Below, piece by piece: positions 46,708 through 55,581 of a stretch of 64,000 nucleotides of DNA. Positions within the stretch are counted from its first letter, which is position 1. Every line of letters begins with the position of its first letter. The notes under the pieces are model-generated. The model was not told where the DNA came from, ran no database searches, and saw nothing but the letters and a program-made list of their open reading frames with translations. The stretch spans positions 13,411 to 77,410 of the forward strand of contig DASWJT010000134.1 of NCBI GenBank assembly GCA_036397015.1. Direction: 5' to 3'. Made by a program: the position numbers and the translations under genes. The DNA comes from Thermoanaerobaculia bacterium (lineage in GTDB: Bacteria > Acidobacteriota > Thermoanaerobaculia > Multivoradales > JAGPDF01).

Positions 46708-48915
46708 ATGAGCTGCCGACGAGAGCGCCCGAGATCCCCGCGACGCCGCGCCGCGGCGGGCGTCGCGGCGGCGCTCGCGCTCACCGGCGCCCTCGCCGCG
46801 CTCCCGGCGGCTGCGGTCTCGCTCGATCTCGCGCTCGCCGCCGCCGCCGAGGCGAGCCGGCGCGAGGGCCTGGCCGCGGCCCGCCGCGAGCTCGCGGCGT
46901 GGACCGCGCCGCCGGCGAGCGCCGACGAGACCGCCACCGCCCTCACGGTGCTCGGACTGCTCGCCTGGAGCCACGGCGAGACCGCGGCCGCCGCCGAGCT
47001 GCTCGCGCGCGGCGACGGCGCGCCGGGCGAGCTGAGCGACTGGCGGCTCTGGGCGCTCGCCGAGGTGCGCGCCGCGGGCGGCGAGACGACGGCGGCACGC
47101 GCAGCGCTCGACGAGCTGCTCGCCGCCGAGCCCGCCTCACCGCTCGTCCCGCGCGCCGTCGTGCGGCGGGCCGAGCTCAGCCTCATCGCCGGCGATACCG
47201 CGGCGGCGCGCGCCCAGATCGCCGCGGCCCGCGCCGAGCGGCTGCCCAGGGCCGAGCGTATCGAGCTCGAGAAGATCGCCTGGCGGCTCGCCCGCGAGCG
47301 CGGCGATTCCGCGCTGCTCGCCGAGACCGCCCGCCATCTTCTCGTCCTGGCGCCGCTCGAGGCCTCGACGCTGCATGTCGTCGACGAGGTCGCCGCACGC
47401 CGTGCGGCGGCCTCCGATTGGCGGCTCTGGCTCGCGCCCGCCGAGCTCGTCGAGCGCGCCGCGGCGCTCGTCGAGGTCGACCTGCCGGCGGGCGCGTTGA
47501 CGACGCTCGCCGCCGTGCCGCCCGAGCGGCGGGACCTGCGCTGGCGGATGCTCGAGGCGCGCGCGCTCACCGCGGCCCACCGCGGCGCCGACGCCTACCT
47601 GGCGCTCGCCGGGCCGCTCGCGGTCACGGCCGACGAGCGCGCCGAGCTCGAGTGGGAGCGCGCGCGCGCCGCCGGCGAGGCGCGCGAGCCGCGGCCCGGC
47701 CGGACGCTCGACGCCGCGCAGGCGGAGCGCTACCGGCGACTCGAGCGCGAGCACCTCTTGGCGGTGGCGCGGCACGACTCCGCGGGCGAGCTCGCGGCGC
47801 GTGCCCTCGAGCGGCTCGCCGCCGACTACCTCGGCGACGCGCGCTTCCCGGAGGCCGTCGCCGCCCTGCGCCAGCTCGTCGCCCTGCGCCCCGAGTCGAC
47901 CGCCGGCGCACAGCGGCTCTGGGAACTCGGCTGGGCGGCGTACGTGCGTGGCGACGCCGAGCGCGCCATCGCGCTGTGGAGCGACTTGACAGAGCTCTAT
48001 CCGCGCTCGTCGGCGGCGCGCGGCGGCCGTTACTGGACGGCGCGAGCGAGCGAGCGACGCGGCGACGCGCAAGGGGCGCGTCGCCTCTACCTCGAGCTGC
48101 TGGCGACCAACATCGCCGACTTCTACGCGCGCCAGGCCGCGCTGAGGCTGGCCGGCGCGACGCAGACGATCGCCGTCGCGCCGAGCGAGCGCGAGCGCTG
48201 GCCGGCGAGCCCGGCGCTCGCGCGCGCAGAGCGACTCTCCGCGCTCGGCCTCGACCAGCTGGCGCGCCAGGAGATCGCTCTCGTCGGAGCGCGCGCCGAC
48301 CGGCGGGCCGTGGCGGCGCTCGGCGCCGTCGTCGCGGCGCGGCTCGGCGACCGCCGCACGAGCCTGCACGAGCTGCGCCGGGCCTTTCCGGAGCTCGGCA
48401 CCGCGCATCAGGCGCGCACCCCGAGCGAGGCGCTCGCGCTCTTCTATCCCGTCGACTACCGCGACGCGGTGACGGGCGCCGCGGCGCGCGAGCGGCTGTC
48501 GCCGAGCCTCGTCTTCGGCATGGTCCACCAGGAGAGCGGTTTCGACGCCGCGGCACGCTCGCGCTCCGGCGCGCGCGGGCTGATGCAGATCATGCCCGCG
48601 ACCGGGCGCGAGGTCGCCCGCGGGCTCGGCCTGCCGTTCTCGACCGACCGGCTCGGGGATCCCGAGGTCAGCCTTCGGCTCGGCACCCGGTACTTCCGGC
48701 AGCTGCTCGACCGCTTCGACGGCAACGTCGAGCTCGCGCTCGCCGGCTACAACGGCGGCCCCGGCCGCATCTCGCGTCTGTGGCGCGCCGCCGGTCCCGG
48801 CGCCGAGTTGGATCGCTTCCTCGAGAGTCTGACGGTCAGCGAGTCGCGCAACTACGTCAAGCGCATCCTCGTCCTGGCCGACAGCTACAGGAGTCTCTAT
48901 CCCGACCTCGGCTGA
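46708..48915 (+). CDS. Soluble lytic murein transglycosylase (Slt70-like: superhelical N-domain + SLT catalytic domain)
   Basis: 735 aa from the ATG at 46708, with a signal peptide. Catalytic block VFGMVHQESGFDAAARSRSGARGLMQIMPATG...AGYNGGPGRI. Only the tail of the 1246-aa track ORF is coding. Confidence 0.8.
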   Translation: MSCRRERPRSPRRRAAAGVAAALALTGALAALPAAAVSLDLALAAAAEASRREGLAAARRELAAWTAPPASADETATALTVLGLLAWSHGETAAAAELLARGDGAPGELSDWRLWALAEVRAAGGETTAARAALDELLAAEPASPLVPRAVVRRAELSLIAGDTAAARAQIAAARAERLPRAERIELEKIAWRLARERGDSALLAETARHLLVLAPLEASTLHVVDEVAARRAAASDWRLWLAPAELVERAAALVEVDLPAGALTTLAAVPPERRDLRWRMLEARALTAAHRGADAYLALAGPLAVTADERAELEWERARAAGEAREPRPGRTLDAAQAERYRRLEREHLLAVARHDSAGELAARALERLAADYLGDARFPEAVAALRQLVALRPESTAGAQRLWELGWAAYVRGDAERAIALWSDLTELYPRSSAARGGRYWTARASERRGDAQGARRLYLELLATNIADFYARQAALRLAGATQTIAVAPSERERWPASPALARAERLSALGLDQLARQEIALVGARADRRAVAALGAVVAARLGDRRTSLHELRRAFPELGTAHQARTPSEALALFYPVDYRDAVTGAAARERLSPSLVFGMVHQESGFDAAARSRSGARGLMQIMPATGREVARGLGLPFSTDRLGDPEVSLRLGTRYFRQLLDRFDGNVELALAGYNGGPGRISRLWRAAGPGAELDRFLESLTVSESRNYVKRILVLADSYRSLYPDLG

Positions 48916-48973
48916 TGCCGCCGCGCCGCTCCTCCGGACCGTTCGCTCCCGGCGGCGGCGGTCGACGCGCTCC

Positions 48974-49049
48974 GGGTCCATAGCTCAGCGGTCAGAGCAA
49001 CCGGCTCATAACCGGCAGGTCCCTGGTTCGATTCCAGGTGGACCCACCA
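48974..49049 (+). tRNA. tRNA with CAT anticodon (elongator tRNA-Met, or tRNA-Ile2 if lysidinylated), CCA encoded
   Basis: Acceptor GGGTCCA/TGGACCC, anticodon loop CTCATAA, T-arm CCTGG-TTCGATT-CCAGG. The G1-C72 pair argues against an initiator tRNA. Confidence 0.88.
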
Positions 49050-49083
49050 TCGCCCCTTCACGCTCCTCTTCCACGAGGCACCG

Positions 49084-49830
49084 ATGAATACTCCCGACAT
49101 CGCCCCCCGGCTCGCGGAGTTCCACGCCCGTACCCGCGAGCTCACCCGTGCGCTCGCCCGTCTGACCGGCGTCCCCGACGACATGCGCGCCCTGCACGAC
49201 GACTTCACGGCGGCGCGTGCCGCCATCGACGAGCTCGCCGCCGACGCCGACGAGGCGCTGCGCCAGCGCGTGGCGAGGGAAGGCGAGATCACCGACGCCC
49301 AGGAGCGGCTGCGCAAGTTCCAGCAGCAGGTGCCGCGCGTGCGCAACCAGCGCGAGTACGGCGCGCTGCTCGCCGAGATCGACGGCGCCAAGGCGGCGCT
49401 GCGCTCGCTCGAGGAGAGCACCCTCGACCTGCTCGAGCGCGCCGAGCAGTCGCAGCGCGAGCTCGCCGCGCGGCGGGAGGCGTTCGCCGAGCTCGCCGCG
49501 CGCCATGCCGCGGCGCTTGCCGAGTGGGAGGCCAAGAAGCCCGCGGTCGAAGCCCACGTCGCCGAGCTCGAGGCCGCGCTCGCGGCGCTGCGCGGCGAGC
49601 TGCCGAAGGCGGTCGTCCAGCAATACGCCCGCCTCACCGCGCGCTACCAGGGCGAGGCCATCGCCCAGCTCGGTCGCACCGAGCGCGCCGGCGGCACGGT
49701 GATCTGGCACTGCTCGGCGTGCAACTACCACGTCCGCCCGCAGGCAGCGCTCGAGATCCGCTCGCGCGGCATGCTGTCGCAGTGCGATGGCTGCCGCCGC
49801 TTCCTCGTCGCCGACGTCGCGACGGCGTGA
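49084..49830 (+). CDS. Coiled-coil protein with C-terminal C4 zinc ribbon (DUF164/COG1579 family)
   Basis: 248 aa. Long heptad-rich region including VRNQREYGALLAEID, with the C-terminal pairs CSACNYHV...CDGCRRFL. Confidence 0.75.
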   Translation: MNTPDIAPRLAEFHARTRELTRALARLTGVPDDMRALHDDFTAARAAIDELAADADEALRQRVAREGEITDAQERLRKFQQQVPRVRNQREYGALLAEIDGAKAALRSLEESTLDLLERAEQSQRELAARREAFAELAARHAAALAEWEAKKPAVEAHVAELEAALAALRGELPKAVVQQYARLTARYQGEAIAQLGRTERAGGTVIWHCSACNYHVRPQAALEIRSRGMLSQCDGCRRFLVADVATA

Positions 49831-50516
49831 GCGCGGTCGGCGAGCGGCTGGCTGTGATCGAGGCGCGCATCGCGGCGGCGGCGCGCCGCGCCGGCCGCGA
49901 TCCGGCAGCGGTGCGGCTGGTCGGCGCGTCGAAGCAGCAGCCGGTCGCGGTGCTCGGCGCCGCGTACGCCGCCGGGCTGCGCCACTTCGGCGAGAACCGC
50001 GTGCAGGAGGCGCAGGCGAAGGCGCCGGAGCTCCCCGCCGACGTCGTCTGGCACCTGCTCGGCCCGCTGCAGTCGAACAAGGTGCGCCCGGCGGTGGCGC
50101 TCTTCGAACTCTTCCACGCCGTCGACCGCGTCAAGATCGCGCGCGCGATCGACGCCGAAGCGGCGGCACGCGGGCGCGCGGTGCAGGGACTGATCGAGGT
50201 CAACGTCGGCGGCGAGACGTCGAAGCACGGCTTCGATCCCGCGACCGTCGCCGACGAGGCCGCGCCGCTCGCCGCGCTCGCCCACTTGCGCTTCGTCGGC
50301 CTGATGACCCTGCCGCCGCCGCGACCGCAACCCGAGCTCGCGCGAGCGGACTTCCGCCGCCTGCGCGAGGTCGCCGCGGCGCTCAACGAGCGGCCGGAGT
50401 GGAACGGCCGCCTCCGCGAGCTGTCGATGGGGATGAGCGACGACTTCGAGGTCGCCGTCGAGGAGGGCGCCACCTGCGTCCGCGTCGGCACGGCGCTGTT
50501 CGGCCCGCGCGGTTGA
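49827..50516 (+). CDS. yggS: YggS-family pyridoxal-phosphate homeostasis protein
   Basis: 229 aa with GTG overlapping the upstream stop (GTGA). Motifs VGASKQQP, FGENRVQE, HLLGPLQSNK and SMGMSDDFEVAVEEGAT. Confidence 0.85.
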   Translation: MSAVGERLAVIEARIAAAARRAGRDPAAVRLVGASKQQPVAVLGAAYAAGLRHFGENRVQEAQAKAPELPADVVWHLLGPLQSNKVRPAVALFELFHAVDRVKIARAIDAEAAARGRAVQGLIEVNVGGETSKHGFDPATVADEAAPLAALAHLRFVGLMTLPPPRPQPELARADFRRLREVAAALNERPEWNGRLRELSMGMSDDFEVAVEEGATCVRVGTALFGPRG

Positions 50517-50627
50517 GGCCGGCGGCGCGCGCGGCGCGGCGGCACGGTGCAGCGCCGGTTGTGCAGTCGTGCTACCCTAGGCGGTCTTCGTGCGAGCCGT
50601 AAGCTCTCGCAGGAAAGGGGTTGTGGG

Positions 50628-50924
50628 GTGATCCGCGGGTTCGGGCTGTCGCTCCTCCAGGTGGTCGTCGGTCTGCTCGACGTCTACTTCTGGGTGGTCT
50701 TCGCCCGCGCCGTCATCTCGTGGGTGAACCCCGATCCGTACAACCCGATCGTGCGCCTCCTCCATCTCGTCACCGAACCGGCGCTCCGGCCGTTCCGCAG
50801 GCTCCTGCCGCCGCACAAGGTCGGCGGGCTCGATCTCTCGCCGCTCTTCGTCCTCGTGCTCCTCCAGTTCGTGAAGAACGGCCTCATCTACTCGTTCGGC
50901 TTCCGCCCGCGCTTCTTCTTCTGA
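50628..50924 (+). CDS. yggT: YggT-family membrane protein
   Basis: 98 aa from the GTG at 50628, with two TM helices and the motif ARAVISWV.PDPYNPIVRLLHLVTEPALRPFRR. Confidence 0.75.
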   Translation: MIRGFGLSLLQVVVGLLDVYFWVVFARAVISWVNPDPYNPIVRLLHLVTEPALRPFRRLLPPHKVGGLDLSPLFVLVLLQFVKNGLIYSFGFRPRFFF

Positions 50925-50936
50925 GGGAGGCTCCTC

Positions 50937-51434
50937 ATGGCGCTCACTCCGCTCGACATCCGCAAGCAGACCTTTGCGCCGAAGCTGCGCGGCGTCGACC
51001 CCAACGAGGTCGAGCAGTTCCTGGCGCTCGTCGCCGACGAGCTCGAGCGCCGCCTCGCCGAGCTCGACCGACTCGAGCGCGAGAACCGCCAGCTGCGCGA
51101 GCGACTCGAAGTGACGGAGAAGCGCGAGCGGCAGCTCCAGGACGCCATCCTGCGCGGCAAGACGGTCTCCGACGAGATGATCGCCACCTCGCAGCGCGAG
51201 GCGCAGCTGCTCGTCAAGGAGGCCGAGATCCACGCCGATCGCGTGGTCACGCAGGCGATCGAGCGCGCGCAGGAAGTCGAGAGCCGCATCCAGGAGCTGC
51301 GCACCCGGCGCAAGGAGCTGCAGCTCAAGCTGCGCGGCACGCTCGAGCTCTTCGCCCAGATCCTCGAGGCGGAGATGGAGGACGAGCGCACGACCGCCAG
51401 CGTGCACACCCTCGCCCGCCGCAAGAGCGGATGA
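50937..51434 (+). CDS. divIVA: DivIVA domain-containing cell-division/polarity protein
   Basis: 165 aa. N-terminal signature MALTPLDIRKQTFAPKLRGVDPNEVEQFL followed by coiled coil. Confidence 0.85.
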   Translation: MALTPLDIRKQTFAPKLRGVDPNEVEQFLALVADELERRLAELDRLERENRQLRERLEVTEKRERQLQDAILRGKTVSDEMIATSQREAQLLVKEAEIHADRVVTQAIERAQEVESRIQELRTRRKELQLKLRGTLELFAQILEAEMEDERTTASVHTLARRKSG

Positions 51435-51718
51435 GAACCGCTCCGCCCGGCGTCGACCGTCATTTCGCCGGCGCCCCGGTCGACCTCGACAGTCCCGGCG
51501 GGCGCGCGCTCGCCGTCGAGCGCCTGCTCGAGGACGGCGACCGCGCCGACCTCGCCTGGCTCGCCGCCGAGGTGCCGCCCGTCGCGATCGCCGACTGGTT
51601 CGCCCGCCGCGGCGCGCGCCGGCTCTCGCGCCGCAGCCGCGCGCTGTGGGCCGCGGCGCTCGGGCTGCCGAACCCGCCGGCCGCGCCGGCCGCCGCCGCG
51701 CTGTGGCCTCTCGCCTGA
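51431..51718 (+). CDS. Small protein of the type that precedes AbiEii-family NTase genes (putative antitoxin-like partner)
   Basis: 95 aa with ATG overlapping the divIVA stop (ATGA). The pattern VERLLEDGDRADLAWL...RRLSRRSRALWAAALGL resembles the short partners of AbiEii NTases that I recall as DUF6922 (unverified). Confidence 0.5.
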   Translation: MRTAPPGVDRHFAGAPVDLDSPGGRALAVERLLEDGDRADLAWLAAEVPPVAIADWFARRGARRLSRRSRALWAAALGLPNPPAAPAAAALWPLA

Positions 51719-52374
51719 GCCCGCTCGACGACGACGCCCTGGCGCCGGCGGCGCGGGCGCTCCTGCCTCGCCTCGCGCGGCGCGTTTTCGCGCCCGACTT
51801 CTACCTCGCCGGCGGCGCCGCCCTGGCGCTCCATCTCGGCCACCGCACGGCACACGGCCTCGATCTGATGAGCGCGACGAATCGGCTGGCACCTGCCGAC
51901 CGGCGCGACCTGCTGCACGACCTGCTCGCGCTCGCGCCCGTGACGCGCGTCGAGACGGCGCGCGACGGCTACCTCTTCGTGCACCTGCCGGGACCGGTGG
52001 CGCTGCGTTTCTTCTGGTATCCCTATCCGCTCGTCGACCCGCTCGCCGCGTGCGCCGGCTTCGCCGTCGCCTCCGCCGTCGACCTCGGGTTGATGAAGCT
52101 CGGCGCGCTCATCAGCCGCGGCACGCGGCGCGATTTCGTCGAGCTCCACCTGCTCTGCCGCGAGCTGCCCCTCTCCGAGCTCCTCGCCCGCTCGGGCGAG
52201 AAGTTCGGTCACGTCGGCGACTTCCCACTGCAAGCCTGGAAGGCGCTCGCCGACCTCGCCGACGCGGAAGAGGATCCGATGCCGCGCTTGACGGTCGAGC
52301 TCGACTGGGACGAGGTGCGCGGCTGGGCTCTCGCCGAGGCGGCGCGCGGCGGCCGCGAGGCGCTCGCTCGATGA
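51703..52374 (+). CDS. Nucleotidyltransferase AbiEii/AbiGii toxin-family protein
   Basis: N-terminal NTase motif FYLAGGAALALHLGHRTAHGLDLM (GG-x-AL ... R-x-x-x-x-LDL). GTG at 51703 overlaps the upstream gene by 16 nt; the alternative ATG is at 51646. Confidence 0.7.
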   Translation: MASRLSPLDDDALAPAARALLPRLARRVFAPDFYLAGGAALALHLGHRTAHGLDLMSATNRLAPADRRDLLHDLLALAPVTRVETARDGYLFVHLPGPVALRFFWYPYPLVDPLAACAGFAVASAVDLGLMKLGALISRGTRRDFVELHLLCRELPLSELLARSGEKFGHVGDFPLQAWKALADLADAEEDPMPRLTVELDWDEVRGWALAEAARGGREALAR

Positions 52375-53651
52375 GCGGCGAGCTGCTGATCACGAACCTC
52401 GCCGAGCTGGCGACGCCGGAGGGCTCGGCCTCGCTCTCGGGCAGCGACCAGCGGCGGGTGCGCCGCATCGCCGACGCCGAGATCCTGGTGCGCGGCGGCC
52501 GCATCGCCTTCGCCGGCGAGCGCACGGAGCGTCTCGCCCGCTTCGGCGAGCTCGCCGCGACCGCACGCCTCGACGGCCGGCGCGGCACCGCCGTGCCCGG
52601 TTTCGTCGACGCGCACACGCACCTGCCGTGGGCGGGCTGGCGCGAGGAAGAGTTCCTCGCGCGCCTCGCGGGCCGCTCGTACGAGGAGATCGCGGCGGCC
52701 GGCGGCGGCATTCTGTCGACGGTGCGCGCGACGCGCGCCGCCGCCGGCGAGGAGATCCTCGCCGCCATGCTGCGCCGACTCGACTGGATGCTCGCCTGCG
52801 GCACGACCACCGCCGAGGCGAAGAGCGGCTACGGGCTGACGCTGGCGGACGAGATCAAGCAGCTCGAGGCGATCCGCGCCGCCGCCTCGCGCCACCCGAT
52901 CGAGCTCGTGCCGACGCTGCTCGCCGCGCACGAGACCCCGCCCGAGCACCGCGGCGACCGCGGTCGCTGGCTGGATGTCATCTGCGCCGAGATCGTCCCC
53001 GCGGTCGCGGCGCGCGGCCTGGCGCGCTTCGCCGACGTCTTCTGCGAGCGCGGCGTCTTCAGCGCCGACGAGTCGCGGCGCGTGCTCACGGCCGGCCGCG
53101 AGCACGGCCTCCTGCCGCGCCTGCACGCCGACGAGTTCGCCGATTCGGGCGGTGCCGAGCTCGCCGCCGAGCTCGGCGCGCTGTCGGCCGACCACCTGAT
53201 GGCGGTTTCGGGGGCGGGCATCGCGGCGCTGGCGCGCGCGCGGGTCACCGCGCTGCTGCTGCCCGGCACCAGCTTCTTCCTCGCCAAGCACCGCTATGCG
53301 CCGGCGCGCCGCCTGGTCGAGGCCGGGGTGCCGGTGGCGCTCGCGACCGACTGCAATCCCGGTTCCTCGCACACCGAATCGCTGCCCACGATCGCCCAGC
53401 TCGCGGTCATCGAGCTCGGCCTGACGGTCGAAGAGGCCCTCGTCGCGCTGACGCTCAACGCCGCGGCGACGCTCGGTCTCGCCGGCGAGATCGGCACGCT
53501 CGAGGCCGGCAAGCGCGCCGATATCGTGCTCCTCGACGCGCCCAACCTCCTGCACTTCGCCTATCATTACGGCGTGAATCCGGTACGCTCCGTCGTGAAG
53601 AGCGGGCGCGAAGTCTTCCGCGCCGGCAATCTCGTCGATCGACGCTCCTGA
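52371..53651 (+). CDS. hutI: Imidazolonepropionase
   Basis: 426 aa with ATG overlapping the upstream stop (ATGA). Amidohydrolase metal motif GFVDAHTHLPW, plus GGGILSTVRATR, KSGYGL, LHADEF and ATDCNPGSS. Confidence 0.88.
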   Translation: MSGELLITNLAELATPEGSASLSGSDQRRVRRIADAEILVRGGRIAFAGERTERLARFGELAATARLDGRRGTAVPGFVDAHTHLPWAGWREEEFLARLAGRSYEEIAAAGGGILSTVRATRAAAGEEILAAMLRRLDWMLACGTTTAEAKSGYGLTLADEIKQLEAIRAAASRHPIELVPTLLAAHETPPEHRGDRGRWLDVICAEIVPAVAARGLARFADVFCERGVFSADESRRVLTAGREHGLLPRLHADEFADSGGAELAAELGALSADHLMAVSGAGIAALARARVTALLLPGTSFFLAKHRYAPARRLVEAGVPVALATDCNPGSSHTESLPTIAQLAVIELGLTVEEALVALTLNAAATLGLAGEIGTLEAGKRADIVLLDAPNLLHFAYHYGVNPVRSVVKSGREVFRAGNLVDRRS

Positions 53652-53663
53652 AGGAGCCTGCCC

Positions 53664-54239
53664 ATGCGCCTCCATCGCTTCGCTGTTTGCTTCTTCCTGC
53701 TCGCCGGCGTCGTCGGCTGCGACCGGCTGCAGTCCTCCTCCGCCGGCGCCGCCGACGAGGACTCCGCCTCGACGCGCGCGCTCGCGCTGCGCGTCAAGCT
53801 CGAGCTGTTGCAGAAGCTCGGCACCGACGCGCTGCGCATCGACGTCGACAACGAGGGCGGTGAGGTCCGCCTCGCGGGCGAGGTCAAGAAGCGCTCGACC
53901 GCCGAGCTCGCCGAGGACATCACCAAGAAGGTCTCCGGCGTCACCGCGGTCGCCAACGACTTGCAGGTCGCCGGCGAGCCCGCGCCGACGGCGAGCACCG
54001 ACGCCTTCGTCGCGGAAGCCGAGCGCGAGGTCTCGGACGCGGCGCTCGAGGTACGCGTGCGCCTCGCCCTCGTCGACCGGCTCGGCTCGGACGGCTTCCG
54101 CATCGGCACCGACGCTGCGAGCGGCGTCGTCACCCTCGAGTTCCCGGCCGCTTTCGAGCGCGCCCGCCGACGCGACGCCATGGCCACCGCCGAGAAGGTG
54201 AAGGGCGTCGAGAAGGTCGTCGCCCTCGACAAGGACTGA
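53664..54239 (+). CDS. BON-domain lipoprotein (OsmY-like, two BON domains)
   Basis: 191 aa with SD AAGGAG 7 nt upstream and lipobox LLAGVVGC. Two units of the type L..D.....I.V....G.V.L.G.V. Confidence 0.75.
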   Translation: MRLHRFAVCFFLLAGVVGCDRLQSSSAGAADEDSASTRALALRVKLELLQKLGTDALRIDVDNEGGEVRLAGEVKKRSTAELAEDITKKVSGVTAVANDLQVAGEPAPTASTDAFVAEAEREVSDAALEVRVRLALVDRLGSDGFRIGTDAASGVVTLEFPAAFERARRRDAMATAEKVKGVEKVVALDKD

Positions 54240-54253
54240 CGGGCGGCGCGGCG

Positions 54254-54328
54254 ATGCCCTGCTGGCTGGTCAAGGCCGATCCGGACGACTACGGCTTCGC
54301 CGCGCTCGAGCGCATGGCGCGAATCTGA
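54254..54328 (+). pseudogene. 24-codon remnant of an EVE-domain (DUF55-like) gene N-terminus
   Basis: MPCWLVKADPDDYGFAALERMARI* matches the characteristic EVE N-terminus (xYWLxKSEPxxYsxxdL) but stops after 24 codons, 4 nt before the next gene's ATG. Confidence 0.35.
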
Positions 54329-54332
54329 GGCG

Positions 54333-55283
54333 ATGGCGATCACACTGCTCGGGCCCGGCTCCCGCCGCCGCCGTCGCCGCCACCCGACGCGGCGCCGGCG
54401 TCCCGGGCCGCGCCTCGCCCCGCCGCCGTCGGACGTTCCCGGGCTGCGCCTGCTGACGCTCAACATCGCCCACGCCCGCCGCGAAGCGCAGCATCAGGCA
54501 CTGCTCGCTCCGCCCGCGCTCAAGCACAACCTGGCGGCGATCGCCGCCGTGCTCGCGCGCGAGGCGCCGGACGTGGTCGCGCTGCAGGAGGCCGACGGCC
54601 CCTCGGCGTGGAGCGGCGACTTCGACCACGTCGCCACCCTCGCCGGGCTCGCCGCGCTGCCGCACGCCTTCCGCGGCGAGCACAACCCGTTCTCGTTCGG
54701 CCGCTTCGACCTCTCCTCCGGCACCGCCCTGCTCTCGCGCCACCCGCTCGCCGGAGCGCGCTCGCGAGCCTTCCTCGAGAGCTGGCGCGATACCAAGGGC
54801 TTCGTCGCCGCCACCGTCGAACCCCCGTCGCTCTGCGGCACCGGCGTCGACGTCGTCTCGATCCACCTCGATTTCCTCGCCGAGCGCATCCGCCGGCGCC
54901 AGGTCGAGCAGCTCGTCGAGATCTTCCGCCAGCGCGAGCGGCCGCTCGTCGTCATGGGCGACTTCAACTGCGAATGGAGCGAGCGCCGGCGCAGCCTCGA
55001 CCGCCTGCGGCGCGCGCTCAACCTGCGGCCGCCGGCGGCGCCGGCGCACGCCACCTTCCCGAGCTGGCGCCCGCTCGTCCGCCTCGATTGGATCCTCGTC
55101 TCCGAGGAGCTCGACTTCACGAGCTACGAGACGCTGCCCGACCGTCTCTCCGATCACCTCGGGGTCGTCGCCGGGGTGCGGCTGCGCGACGCGGCGAGCG
55201 CGGCGCGCGATCTCGGCGAGGAGGCGCTGCCGCTGGCGAGCGGCTTCGGCTGGCGCCGCCGAGTGCGCCGCGCGCGGAGCTGA
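54333..55283 (+). CDS. Endonuclease/exonuclease/phosphatase (EEP) family protein
   Basis: 316 aa. EEP motifs LTLNIAH, DVVALQE, VVMGDFN and LSDHLGV. The Arg-rich first ~40 codons make the true start uncertain. Confidence 0.72.
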   Translation: MAITLLGPGSRRRRRRHPTRRRRPGPRLAPPPSDVPGLRLLTLNIAHARREAQHQALLAPPALKHNLAAIAAVLAREAPDVVALQEADGPSAWSGDFDHVATLAGLAALPHAFRGEHNPFSFGRFDLSSGTALLSRHPLAGARSRAFLESWRDTKGFVAATVEPPSLCGTGVDVVSIHLDFLAERIRRRQVEQLVEIFRQRERPLVVMGDFNCEWSERRRSLDRLRRALNLRPPAAPAHATFPSWRPLVRLDWILVSEELDFTSYETLPDRLSDHLGVVAGVRLRDAASAARDLGEEALPLASGFGWRRRVRRARS

Positions 55284-55290
55284 GCCGCGC

Positions 55291-55581
55291 TCAGTGCACC
55301 TCGCCGCCGGCGGGCGGCGTCGCCTCGACGACGGCTCCGAAGCTCTCCTCGTAGCGCGCCAGGTTGGCGGCGAGCGCCCGCACGATGCGCTTCAAGTGCC
55401 CCGGGCTCGTCACCACGCGGGCGGTGACGACGCCCTGCGGCGGCACGAGCTGGATGAAGTCGAGGATGAACTCCTCGCGCGTGTGCGTGATGCGCAGCAG
55501 GTTCGAGTAGTGCCCCTTGAGCTCCTCGTCGTCGATCTTGATGTCGAAAGCGTCCGCGGGACGGCCGCCGGCCTCGTTCAT
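55291..55581 (-). CDS. DUF3467 domain-containing protein
   Basis: 96 aa with ATG overlapping the upstream stop (ATGA). Core YSNLLRITHTREEFILDF. Only the tail of the 304-aa track ORF is coding. Confidence 0.7.
   Translation of the reverse strand: MNEAGGRPADAFDIKIDDEELKGHYSNLLRITHTREEFILDFIQLVPPQGVVTARVVTSPGHLKRIVRALAANLARYEESFGAVVEATPPAGGEVH

Noticed and set aside
48974-50516. tRNA-Met followed by new genes as a possible integration hotspot or genomic island
   Set aside because: There is no integrase, no direct repeat of the tRNA 3' end and no compositional shift. The downstream genes (DUF164 zinc-ribbon, yggS, yggT, divIVA) are conserved housekeeping genes.
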